A stretch of DNA of 64,000 nucleotides from Paraspadella gotoi (Eukaryota; Animalia; Chaetognatha). The DNA is taken from the NCBI GenBank assembly GCA_051294375.1, contig CM119270.1:16270413-16334412 (forward strand). Direction: 5' to 3'. A model generated the notes under the pieces. It was given only the letters and a program-made list of their open reading frames with translations. It was not told the origin of the DNA and searched no databases. Every line of letters starts with the position of its first letter. Position 1 is the first letter of the stretch. Shown piece by piece: positions 1-12,481 of this stretch. Made by a program: the position numbers and the translations under genes.

Positions 1-985
1 CGGCGGCTTCATAGACGCAGGACGCGAAACGACGAAGAAAATTGACAAAAAAACGAATAATATGTCAAATATGTTTTCGTCAAACCTAGGACGACAACGA
101 AACAACGACGACAACGACAACAACGGGACAATCGGAGACAAGGAAACGACGGTTACCTTATTTTTTTAACGCCAAATCGTTGGCCCGAATTACGAGAAAA
201 AGGAAAATCGTGGATTGAGCTCAAAACCACGAGAGTTAATCTAATTTTAAAGTCGAGAAAGATTTTTCGAGTCCACTCTGCTTTCGGCTAAAGTTATTTT
301 TTTTTTTTCGGCGAAGTGGGAGAGTAGGGTAGGGGAGATAGGGAGGTTAGGGGGAAAGCCGGACGAAAGGGAAGTAAAAGTTTTAGTTCAGATCTACGTG
401 GAATCAATGGCAGGGGCAGGGTGGAGTTTGGAATTTTGTTGGTCGTTTGTCGAGACTGAGGTGAGTTAAAACTATTAATTATGAAAATAGTTTAAATGAA
501 AATACGTTTGTCTCTGTAGGTATGGCTGGGGTGAGTGGGAGGGGAGAGGGGGGCGTCATTGAAGAACGAGACTCACGCGTTTTCGATTCGTACGTGCGTT
601 CGCGCGGGATGAATCTTGACGAAAAAGGAAACGAAAGAAAAAAAGACGTAAAAGAATTAAGGAAGAAAACAAAAACACAAACAGATAGAAACGGAAAAAA
701 CAAAGGAAACACGAAAAGTATAATATTTAAACGTTTTTACTATAAGAAATGAACTTTTGTGTTACAAAGCGATTTTAGGCAATTCGAAGCGAAGAAACCA
801 TTATGAATTAATAATGTTCTGTTCGGCTAACAGCGTTTAAATAGTAAGTTTTAATTCAAGATAGAACAGTGAATGTGAAAAGAAAAGGAAGAAAGACAAG
901 TCGGAGTTCGATACGATTAGAGAGAGAGAGATGTCCAGGGGGCAAAGAAATAAATACGCATTCACGGTCATTTATCATTTGGTAC

Positions 986-1623
986 CTGATTCCGTCTTCC
1001 ACCTCGGGAAGAGGATCTGCCTTTCTCCTCACGTCAAACTGATCAGCTGCCCCACTCGTCCACTCTGCCCGTTTCGCGCGTCAAAACCACAGTCCACGCT
1101 TTCACCGAATCGTCCGTCACACAGCGCTCGCAACCTGCAAAATGATCGTACGTCCTGTCACTTAAAGATTTCAGAGTCGCTTCGTCGCTAGTTTTTTTCT
1201 GGTTGGGAAAAATGTGAAAACAGCGACGTCATCGTTTCGCTTTTGGGCAAAATCAAGTCGTCAAATAAACTGTTTTTTCTTTGTTCATTTACTTGACCCT
1301 ACTCACTTCCCGACTAACTTACCCGACTGCCCGACCACTAGCCGAAACAACTTACCGACTGCCGACGCCTTCTCTCCCTACGACCGCCGCCAGACGTCGT
1401 CTCTCACTAAGGAGATTAAGGGCGTCTTTCCTTCCTCAGTTCCAAAGTGGATTTGAACGGCCGAGGAGGAAACGTCCGGTATTTCCTTTTTTCCCGGCCT
1501 CCCTTTTACGACGCTCCTCGTCTGACGACACCCTCTTCCGGCAAACTCCGACACTCTGGCTAACTCAATCCTCTTTGATAATTTTCTTAACAATGGGCCA
1601 ATTCTACCGCTTTACCCATACCC
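986..1623 (-). other. Possible spliced non-coding (5' UTR-like) exons of a minus-strand gene continuing left of the window
   Basis: GC-richer blocks bounded by minus-strand splice signals: ttttgcag|...atcag|gtacc at 1134-986 and ctacag|...cg|gtaagt at ~1622-1355. All three frames of the 986-1134 block contain stops. Confidence 0.25.
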
Positions 1624-1711
1624 TGTAGTTAATATTTTATTAAATTATAACATTTACATTTAACGAAGAATTTGCTTTCTCTTCTCTTTCTTTCTCTCCT
1701 CTCTCTCTTCT

Positions 1712-1742
<31 letters not shown>

Positions 1743-2891
1743 ATCTTCTCATCTCCATTCTCTCTCTCTCTCTCTCTCTCTCTCCAGTCAATCCCCGTTT
1801 GATCAGTAACCGAAGCCTTAATTTAAACGCTAAAAAGGAGGACAAGCACCTGAAGAAAGGATAATCGGAGGGTTGAGGTGGGAGTGGGGGGGAGAAGGGT
1901 GGTAGGGTGGGGGGGCGAGAAATTAAGGCAGTCAGAGTAAGCGGGTCCGTCTGGGTTAAACAATGCTGAGTAAGGTCGACATTGAGGAAGAACAAGCGGA
2001 TAAAATATCGAGCGGGTTGTGGCAGTAATTAAAATTCGGCATCAAGGAATATATAAATTGATATTGATATGAAACTAAATGATTAGTGGTAAGATTGAAT
2101 GGCTAGAATCGTACGTAAGTTGAGGTTACAGCTGATAACAAACGCCACGGTAAAGTAATCTTAAAGAGAAAGAGAAAAAAAGAGGGGCCACTGTGGAAAT
2201 GATAATTGATTAGAGACGAAGTCAGCAACAATTTGGACTGAAATTTGATGACGGCAGCTGGAAAGTGAGGAGAGGGGAGAAAAAGGTAAGGGAAAGAAGT
2301 GGAAAGAGAAAAGGGTGGGGCGAAGCGGAAAGGGAGAAGGGGAAGGGAGAAGGGAGAAGGAGAAGGGAGAAGGGGAAGGTTAAGAAGAGGAGAACGAAGG
2401 GTTGGACGGAGTAGAAGTGGAGGACATCAGAAAATGAAAAATGAATGGAAAGAATTTTTAATAATTGTAAATTGTTATTTGGAAAAATCGTTAAGATTCA
2501 AAGTGAGAGTGAATAAATGACGTAATTGGTTTTCTATACACAGACAAGTTATCTTGGTAATTGTGTAAACTTGAATGTTATCTTGTAACGTATTATAAAT
2601 GTATAGAGCGGCAAAAAATTATCGACGTCATAGCATCAAAGGATTCGGTGTTTCTCGGCGTTGGCAGAGACGTCGTTGCCCCTTGCGTCAGCGGCGGCGG
2701 CGTCAGGCAGAGGCGTGAACGGCGGAGGCGGCGGAGGCGGGGAGGTGGCGGGTGCGGCGGCGCGGCATCGTCTCCAGCCGCGCGGCGGAAATACCTCAAC
2801 CTGAAAACCCATAACCTTCATTCCGGCGAAAAATTGAATTAAAGAAGCCGGAGAGGGAAGAATGGACAGGTCGACGGGAGAGAGAGAGAGA

Positions 2892-2966
<75 letters not shown>

Positions 2967-3025
2967 AGAGAGAAGAGTTGCCAAGTCAGCAGAAAACAGA
3001 AAGGGCTCGAAGAAAAGAAAGGAGC

Positions 3026-3120
<95 letters not shown>

Positions 3121-3661
3121 ATCTTCATTTGCATCGTTTCTCGTGTTTTACAGTGATTTTGCTTAAAAAATACATGAGTGAGGAAAGAATAAATTAATGG
3201 CGAAAGTTTTTACAATACATAATAAAACAATATCGTGACCAAGATGAACGCGAGACTTGTTTATTTAACATCGGTTTATTTAGCTTATATATTTAAATAC
3301 TTACAATTCAAAAGTCTTCTGTATAAAAATGTTGTGTAACCAATAAGAACGGTTACTATTTTTCCTTGTGTTATTTTAATCTAAATCAGTATGTATAGCA
3401 ATTCATGGAAAACGTATTGATTAAGCCTAACGTGAACATGAACAAACTAAGAAATAAGGATGAGGAGGAAGAAAAGAGAACAAACGTTGCGACGACGACG
3501 ACGACGACAACGACGACGACGCCAATGACGACGATTCCCGGGAAGCGCTCTTCACAAATCGCGCGTAATTCGCGAGTTTCTTGCTTCAGCTCGAATGGGA
3601 TTTTTCTCCCCGGGCGAGCGCGTGCTCTTTCGCGCGTGCGAGAGAGAGAGAGAGACGAGAG

Positions 3662-3703
<42 letters not shown>

Positions 3704-6292
3704 TTCCGTGCGCGAGACGCTCCAGCTACCTCCGGATGAATCGGTCTTTCCTCGCGCGGCTTCTAACCTATGTAATCACGTGTGGTAGCGCGAGCTCGGT
3801 GCGCGTTCTCAGCACGTGCGAGGCGCTCTCGTCTCTCTCTTCTCTCTCTCTCTCTCTCTCTCTCCTCTCTCTCTTTCTCTCTCTCTCTTTCTTCTCTCTC
3901 ACATTGATTCGCACGCGCGTCGCCTTCGTCGATCTCTCCTCCACTTTCTTTTTTTCTCCCTCTCCTTCTCCTAACTTCCTCCCTCCCTCTTCCTCCCGTT
4001 TTCTCCGTGCGCGCGAGAGAGAGAGAAGAGAGAAGGCAATTTGGACTCTCGAAAGAAGACGTGCGCGGAATAAACGAATGCGCAAAAAGTCTCAACGACA
4101 ACAATGAACAACGATCGAAGTTAAATCGAAGGAAAAGGAAACGAGCAGCGCGTTAACGCGGTTGGGTGTGGAGGTGACAATTTGTTGAGTTTTCCTTTTT
4201 TTAATTCAAGATAAAATTTAACATAAATAGAAAAGGGTACAAAATTTAAATCAAGAGAATCAATTTATCAGGAAATAAGGCAGAGATGAGAAGCATAAAA
4301 TAATAATAAAGCATCAGAGTGTCAAGTGAAATTAAACAAGTAAATTTTGTTTTAAAAAATAAGTTCTAAACGAAGAACACAAAATAAAATTTGAAAAGAA
4401 CGAAAAATTTAAAGATATGCATCTTTTCGGAACGACAACTTTTTGTCGATGACTTTGAATTGACGAGACTCATATTTTAAACTCGTTCATTCTCGTCCAA
4501 TTCCTAATGAAGATATATTAATTATTATTTCGCAATAAATACAATCGATCGAAATTATTAAATACAAATCGATCACCTGTTGGAATAAAACGGCGTGAGA
4601 TTTTCTCTTTAGCTCCTGTTCTTTCAAATGGCGGACAAGTTTGAGAACAAATGTTTTTCGTGATTTCGTCGACGATCGTGAGTTGTCGCGAATTTCACGA
4701 CGCCTGTGAGGATCGCACGGACGGGAATCGCGGAAAAGAATGAACTGACGATAACGATAACGACGTGAACCACAAACAGCATAAAATTATTTTGAATTTT
4801 TTCTCGAATCGCCGATTTCGTTTTAACTTTTATTCGTCACTGACAATTTCATTCCGATCGTCATCCACAATCCAAATCTCGTTCGAATATATACATTATA
4901 AATATAGCATATATTATAACAATCATCCACTTAGCCTCGATTCGCGCATTAACTTGAACCATTTTGAACTATACCCTGTTAAACTAAGCCATCGAGCTCA
5001 TCCGTTAACTGACCAAATCGACGTCCGAACGCCGAAACGACTGAGAAATTCCGCGGGCGTCTTCATCAGAGTCGAGATTTCGCCAAGGATTTGACCCTTC
5101 AGATAATTTGCCGATCACCCACCTATCAAGTCAAGGGGAAGAGGTAGGGGAAATGAGGAGAAAGAAGGCGAGGAAAGAGGAAGAGAACGAGGAAAGTGGA
5201 GAGAAGAGGAAAGAGGAGAAGGCAAGGAAGAAGAGAGGAAAGAGGAGAGAACGAGGAAAGGGGAAAGAGGAAGAGAACGAGGAAAAGAGGAAGGAACGAG
5301 AAGTGGAAGAAGGCAAGGAAAGAAGGGGCAAGGAAGAAGGGAAGGAAAGGAAGAGAACGATGAAAGTTGCAAGAAACGAGGAAAGAGGAAGAGACGAGGA
5401 AAGAAAAAAAGGAGAAGACGAACGAGGAAAGATGAAAGGAGAAAACAAAAAGGAAAAAGAAGGAGAAAAAGATGCAGATAATAAGGAAAAAAGACATACA
5501 ACAACAACACAACAACAAAACAACAACACAACAACAACAAACCAAAAACAAACCCCAAACCCAACAAAACAAACAACCAAAAAACAACAACAACAACAAC
5601 AGGACGAGAAAACAGGAACAAAGCATAAAAAAGTAAAAGCGAAGCAAAGAAGTAAAAAAAGAGGAAAGAAGACGAGGAAGAAAGATGAGACGAGGAACGA
5701 GGAAAAAGTTAGCGGAAGACGAGACAGGAGGAAAAATACGAGGTTGCGTTTAGAAATAATATTTTATTAATTCATATATTAATTTTATGTACATAAAAGA
5801 TAAAATCCATGTTCCGTCGCCCCAAAAAATAATATTCATTTTTGTTTTTATCAAAATCTATCTCACTTGCCTTCTGTCCATTCGATCCTTTCCTTTCCCC
5901 GTGCAGCTCTTTATACGTGACATCTCTCCACTCCGAATGAAAGCCAAGAACGGAACAAACGGCGCCCCTCCTTACCACACGGTGTTAGCCGGAAAGGACA
6001 CCCACTCACAGAGGGAGGCCAGCTTGTCACTGATTAAAAGAGGTCAAGTGCGAAGGACTTCAATTGGTTTCTTTTCTATTCTTTGTTTTTTAGAAATCGT
6101 TAAGAACTTACTTATACTCACGACTAAACTTACCCGGTTGTTTTGGGCACATCTGGTAAGATTCGCAGGACTGAACGAGATTCTTTTGGCCGCGCGTTCC
6201 ACGTTGGATAATCTGATTTAGATTTTTTGTATGTCTAATATATAAATAATTAATTGTACGAACATACTTTAATTTAGGTATAATTTTTTTCC

Positions 6293-6964
6293 TAGGGTAA
6301 CGCGACCTGCTCTTGCACGCTGGCAAAGTCCGATGTAGTGATCTTGAGGAATCACAATTGGTTCGTTTGTGACAACGGAGAGAATTCCGTCGAATTGGCA
6401 GCGCGTCCTCCGAGACGAGTCAATGAGCCGAAGCAGTCGCCGACTCGGAGCTAGCCTGGGTAAGTATGTGGATAAGGTGCTAAGTGGGCTGAAGAGGACT
6501 ATCCGTACTTCTTTTTACTGCCTCTAGCAGCCATGAACGGGTCCTGGGCTTGGAACCAGGCTTGAGAGTTTTCCGACGCCCAAGGCAGGTTGGGATAGAA
6601 CCGTTACCGTGTGTTCATGAGCTGATGGCTTTAATCAATGACCACCGGGTCACGACTGAAGGTGTCACGGATTATAATGCTATGCCACGAACTAAAAAGA
6701 TTTGCATTAAATAAAATAATAGACTATGCAACAGCCGGGTTGCTGTGATGCCCATTGGGGATGGGGCATCTCTCACTGTTGCTTTGGGGCTTCCGGACCC
6801 TCAGTGACGCCTCCAGTCACTGGCGCGGTTACCCTAAGAGGGAAGTCCATTAGACTGAGGATGAGAACACTACGCCCTGGGATGGTGTGTTTCCCCCTCT
6901 GAGCCAAGAATGGATTTGGGCTTTAGGTGGTGGACGTGAGGCGGTGTAATATACCACCACAGAC
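6293..6964 (+). ncRNA. Candidate large structured non-coding RNA of unknown family (may begin near 5940)
   Basis: Dense nested helices. TAGGGTAAC 6293-6301 pairs perfectly with GTTACCCTA 6828-6836. Other helices: 6408-6414/6444-6450, 6462-6474/6500-6510, 6528-6538/6613-6624, 6728-6734/6776-6782, 6747-6753/6764-6770, 6802-6808/6816-6822, 6837-6842/6895-6900, 6926-6931/6953-6958. G-U pairs favour the + strand. No ORF of 60 codons or more lies within it in the track. Confidence 0.5.
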
Positions 6965-7172
6965 GCATAATTAAATAAATATGCATTTTCTGCCAAAAAT
7001 TTGCGTCAAATCTGTCGTGTTTATTACATAGTAGAATTTGCGATCATGACATGATTAAACTTCTAAGCTTATTTGGATACGATGGGTAGTTTAAAAGGCT
7101 ACAACTTTTCCTCAATCAAATTTTTAAAGTCAATTGCATTTTTTAAATATTTTAACTCTATATCTTTTTTCG

Positions 7173-8961
7173 TCACGATATATTGGGATTATAATTTGAT
7201 TTTTCCATTAGCCCCGCTTTCCGCTCGCTCCTAAGGGACCAACGCATTTCAATTGATGATTGTTTGATAAAATAATTTATTTTCCCCTCACCAACTACTT
7301 CCGACGGTTCTGGCGTTCGGAGCCTCGATTCGTGGAGAATTAGTTTAGCGTCTTTACGAATGGAATCGCGTAAGGAGTCACAGATCCTGAAAAATGTAGA
7401 GGGACACTTGATTTTCTCTCTCTCTCTCTCGTCTCTCATCTCTCTCTTCTCTCCTCTCCCGTCTACTCTCTCTCTCTCTCCTCCTTTCTCTATTCAAAGT
7501 TATAAATTCACTATTCGACCTGCAGTCAATTCGACTAAGTACTCTGAGAATGATATGGAATCCCGGTCGTGCAAAATATGGTGATGTCCGCTCTTGCCAT
7601 TCGTCGATCTGAGCCACGACGCACATTCCTCAAAAACCCGCTGGAGACACCCTGGTGTCATAAAAAGATAAAAGACGCCCTAATTGTCCTTGACTCATGA
7701 CTGTTGTGGCTAAAGACGTAAAATTTAAAATACTTAAGCTGTTAGTGTTTTCACGCTTTAACGCTTTTTTTTAAAGTGAAATATGCCTCACATTTTTTAT
7801 TTATTAATAACAAAACGATATTAACTACAATCGTTAAATACAGACAGCACGGTTTCATTAAAGATGTAACATTTAATTAAGCGAAAAGGTCAATGTTTAT
7901 GAAGGATGAGAACGAAGCTCTTCAATGCATTCTGATAATTTTAAATAAATAATAATATTGCCGTCAGAATTTAATTGTCGAACAGTTTATATTATGCAAC
8001 AAAAACGCGTAAGTAAATGTTTTCTTAAAATTGTTCTAATTTTCTAAAACGACATTTATTTTTATTTGTATTTAATCAAAAAAATCATTTCTTTACCATA
8101 TGCAATAAGATTATGGTTTTTAAAACGAGACTAGTAACCTGCTTGGTGAGGTGAACAAAAATTACCCATTCTGCTTGGCGAGGATAACAAGACTTACCTA
8201 CCTGCTTGTTTTGAGGATGAACCAAATTACCGAACCTGCTTGGTGAGGATGACAAGAGTTACCGCCCTGCTTGGTGAGGATGGAAAGAGTTTACGTCCCT
8301 CGTGAATTTCGTCGACGTCGGCCCGCCGTTCGTTCGAATCGCATTTTTGAAGAATCCTTTTGATTCCCTTACAACTTTTGTTCTCTGAGTCTCACTGGGG
8401 TCGATGTGCTTCTGCTGTTGTGAAGCAAAGGGAGCCAGTCTCTGGAAAGGAATTTGAAATTATATTTCGGTCGAAACCAGGGTATGTAAATGACAATGTA
8501 AATTTAAAACTTCAGCGTTTCAAAAACGGTTACTGTCCGTAAAATAAACCGTATATTTTTATATACGGTTTTTAAAAAGAATAATGTTGAAATTGTTTCG
8601 ACGAAAACAAACTAACGCGTCTGTACAAACAAATTATCTGCACGTTATTCGGATCATTAATCAAATCATAATGTTTCTCATTTGTTTCTTCTGTGACATT
8701 AGGGTTATTTTCTTTGCTTATAAAACTCTCTTTCGATCAAACTCTTTAAATTACTGGAATTCGTTATCCTAAAAAATACTCTAACCAATGACATCCCTCA
8801 CCCTGGGTCCCGCCTCACTGATGTTGTGAGTGGACGACTCTCTTCTTTGGCGGGAGAATCGGGGGAAATCGCGAGGGGTGAGTCACGTGACCAGGGTCGC
8901 GCTGAGAGTTGGGTGAGGTCGTCAACCGCCTAAGGAGGTGGAGGTAGGTAGGTGTCAAGAG

Positions 8962-9036
<75 letters not shown>

Positions 9037-9830
9037 GACCTAACGGACACTTACCAAAGGTACAGGGGCAGGGCGGAAGAGAGAGTGAATTTTCTGATCC
9101 GATTTGCATCGAGTTTTCTTCTTCGTTAAATCGCTCGATGCGTCTACAGACAAAAACCACCAAATTTGATTTACAAGGGGTTTTGCATCTTTCTATATCC
9201 TTTCTCTCTTTGTCTCTCTCCAAACTTTTTTTGTCATCTCCTCTCTCTCTCTCTCCTTACTTTTATCCTTGTTCTTCACTTTACCTCATCAAATCATCCT
9301 TTCTGACGTTGGTTGGTTCGTCGAGGCAACGAAGAGTCCGGCGAACGATGCGCTCCCGTAGTGACGCATGAAAGAACTGACGCCCACAAATGTGAGGATG
9401 AGGTGAAAATGTTATTTTCATGTGGTGAGAATGGTCGTGAATAGAGGAGATGAAAAGGAAACTAGAGTCACATTTAGGTCTGGGTGCGGATAAAACAATG
9501 GAAGGAAAAAAAAGAAAAAAAAAGATAAGACAAAGTAATTACAAGATAAGATTAAGATAAGGAAAGTTAAAGTAAAGATGCATATTAGATCCGAGTTGCT
9601 TTGAATGATAGGATTAAATGTGGTACAGATCTTTTCACTTCTTCACCTCATTACCTTATGGAGCCTCCCCTCCCCCTCTCTTCATTCTTCCTCACCCTGC
9701 TCCGCCAAATCCACTTCAGTCTTTGTAGTGCGACGTGAAAAGTCTCTTTCTTTCCTACGATTTTGTCGTCGTTATGTCTTTCGGCAGTCGCTAGGCACGG
9801 ACACCGATTCCCGCCATTTTGTCCGCCATT
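7173..9830 (-). CDS. Probable multi-exon protein-coding gene, product unknown (frame broken by apparent indels)
   Basis: Series of GC-richer blocks with canonical minus-strand splice sites: ~9830-9655, ~9370-9285, 9143-9055 (RIERFNEEENSMQIGSE), 8929-8802 (AVDDLTQLSARPWSRDSP), 8441-~8240, ~7650-7520, 7386-7292 (ICDSLRDSIRKDAKL). Tandem AAATGGCGG start-like motifs at ~9810-9830. Confidence 0.4.
8138..8292. repeat. Minisatellite, about 5 copies of a ~32-34 bp unit (CCTGCTTGGTGAGGATGA...TTACC)
   Basis: Direct visual alignment of units starting near 8138, 8170, 8201, 8235 and 8266. Confidence 0.85.
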
Positions 9831-11940
9831 TGGCTATTTGGGATTCCACAGTGCAGTTAAGAATGTATTTTTTTCATAAAAGGTTTTTTTTTTTCCTTTT
9901 TTTCCTTGTTGTAGTCCTCAGATACACTAATTTGAAAGTCGTATCCTAATATAATCGTAAATTACATTTTATTAAATGAATGGATAAATTTTATATTGGT
10001 TGTACCAATTTCATGAAGCTAGTTGCCGTAGTTGGTTGGTATGTGTTCTTAAAATTGAGACTAATATAAAATAATTAAAATTACATTTGTGCCACGAAAA
10101 CAATTTTATTATTGAGAGTTCCTCTTTGCAAGCCGAGCGAATTTGTTTAGAGTTGATGTTCTTTTTGGTTACTATGGAAAAATAGCAACGTAGTCATTCA
10201 AATAGTTCCTGAACAGACGTTAGGCCTTCCTTAGTAATCCTTTACTCGCGGAGGTTAAAATCAAAAGAGGCAACTCCTGCAAACCTTGCTGTTAAAAGTC
10301 AAACGAGATATAATTGGGAAAACTATTTTAGGACTATCAGTATCTGTGTTACATTTATGCATTATTGGAAATTAAGAAACTTTCAAAGTAAAAAAAATTT
10401 ATATTTATCATTTTGATGACACAATGAAAGAAATTATAAAAGTATGCAATGCATTTCACAAAACAAGCCTTTAGAATAACACATCACTACTGTTAATAAN
10501 NNNNNNNNNNNNNNNNNNNNNNNNCGCCGCCGCCGCCGCCGCCGCCGCCGCTCCCGCCTCCTCCTGGTAATAACGCGTTACCTCATCAACTGTATCCCAC
10601 ATCGCTTGGGTCGTGCTCTACTGTAACGTTATGTTCTTTCGACTCTGACTGAATTTGAGGTGAGAAGCAAAAAGTAAAAGAGAATTTCCGCCATCAATGA
10701 AATTTGCAAAATTGACAATTACAGTTGTTAATTTTCGCTGATAGGGACATCGCTAAAATCAGGATGGAACTTTACTAATTCCACTAATTTTATTAATCTT
10801 ATAGCAATAGCTAACAAATAAAACGAGAATGTGAAAAAGTATCTTTCTTTTTGCATCGTCATGAATGATTAATATTTATAAGTACGGTATATTGAACTTG
10901 AACGTAATTTAAAATCTAATTTTTTTGAACTTAAATCGCTTTTGAATATTAATAATATTATTTCTCCTCGTTTTTTTTTCCTCCACAGTCTTGACTTTCT
11001 CAACTTAAGCCCAAATTAAAAAAAAACTTACGTCATAAGTTACGAGGGTAAAGAATATTAGTCAGTCGTTCACCCTTTTGATTTTTCGCCACATTATTTA
11101 TGTATTTTCACCTCGCCTCTAATTTATTTTCCTCCACTTTTCCTACTTCCCCCTTCTTCTTAAGTATTCCTCCCTTTCCACTTCCCTGTTTCCACTCGCC
11201 TCTCCTCTCTCTTCTTCCCCGTTTCCCGTTTTACCTCATAACATCCCGCGCACCATTTCTCATCCTTTGTTGTTCCCGCTTTCCTTTTCTCCCTTCTATC
11301 ATTTCCTCTCCCCACATTTTTTTTCTTTTTCTCTCTCCGTTCCACCTTCTTTCTTTCCCAAAATTTCCTACTTCCATCTTTCTCCATCCTCTGGCCTCTC
11401 CTTTTCCACTCCTTCTAACTTATACATTTCTTCTTCCTCTGGCCTTTCCTNNNNNNNNNNNNNNNNNNNNNNNNNNNNNNNNNNNNNNNNNNNNNNNNNN
11501 NNNNNNNNNNNNNNNNNNNNNNNNNNNNNNNNNNNNNNNNNNNNNNNNNNNNNNNNNNNNNNNNNNNNNNNNNNNNNNNNNNNNNNNNNNNNNNNNNNNN
11601 NNNNNNNNNNNNNNNNNNNNNNNNNNNNNNNNNNNNNNNNNNNNNNNNNNNNNNNNNNNNNNNNNNNNNNNNNNNNNNNNNNNNNNNNNNNNNNNNNNNN
11701 NNNNNNNTCCTCCTTTAATTCCCATTCTTAATATCGCGGTTCGGGTCATAAATTTTTCACGTAGAACGTAATCAGGGGTCGTCGCCTCTCGTCGTTATTT
11801 TTTTTTTGTCCGGTTTTGGCTTTTTTGATTTTTTGCGTGGGGGGGGGACTGAGAAAACATTTCGTTCATACTCACAAACTCCTTTGTGGAAGGGAGACAC
11901 AACCTGAGTTAACTTTCAACCTAATAGAACTAAAGAACAG

Positions 11941-11983
<43 letters not shown>

Positions 11984-12446
11984 TCTCTCTCTCTCTCTCT
12001 CCTCATCGTCTCTCGTCCGTTTGCTAAACAACAAGGCCGTGCCGTCAATGCCCACGAATCCGGTTTCCCTACACCACGAAAAGCTCCGACCGTCCTCTCC
12101 AAACAACACAAAAATCTTTTCAACCTTCCCCAACTTTTTTCGAATCATAAACCCTAAAATGCGCCCTTTTTTTCAAAATTCTCTGCGCGCGCGATGCGAT
12201 TTCGGTTCACGAAAATTCGGCTTTTCCGTGTTGACTGTTAAATTGCTCTGCTTGCTGTGTGTTGTTGTTGCTTGTTGTTTTAATTGTTATTTTTTGTCGT
12301 CGTCGTTTGGGGGGAAACGGGGTAACGTCGAAACTTTATCGAACTCTTCTCTCTCTCTCTCTCTCTCTTTCAATCTCTCCTCTTCGTCAGTCTCTTGCTC
12401 TCTCTCTCTCTCTCTTCTCTCTCATCTCTTCTCTCTCCTCTCTTCG

Positions 12447-12481
<35 letters not shown>

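Noticed and set aside
2796-5770. Long ORFs rich in ER, SL, K/E or F/S
   Set aside because: They are translations of AG/CT microsatellites and purine-rich low-complexity DNA; the same applies to 16553-17376, 53863-54157 and 58796-59633.
6126-6137. AAACTTACCCGG resembling the U1 snRNA 5' end
   Set aside because: The downstream U1 stem-loops and Sm site do not follow.
6489-6508. CTGAAGA-GGA-CTA-TCC resembling a hammerhead core
   Set aside because: It is followed by GTAC, not the required GAAA, and stems I/III are not evident. CTGAAGAG at ~28683 and ~41419 fails likewise.
6293-6964. Assignment of the structured island as telomerase RNA, RNase P/MRP, or group I/II intron
   Set aside because: There is no CUAACCCU-type template or H box. 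GGAAGUCC is present but without the P1/P2/S-domain layout. Group I R/S and group II domain V matches are only partial.
8138-8292. CRISPR-like repeat spacing
   Set aside because: The units are contiguous and similar throughout with no unique spacers, there are no cas genes, and the context is eukaryotic.
11100-11771. ORFs spanning N runs (also 22142-22574, 23460-24119, 59688-60933, 62673-63219, 63512-63991)
   Set aside because: Artefacts of assembly gaps.
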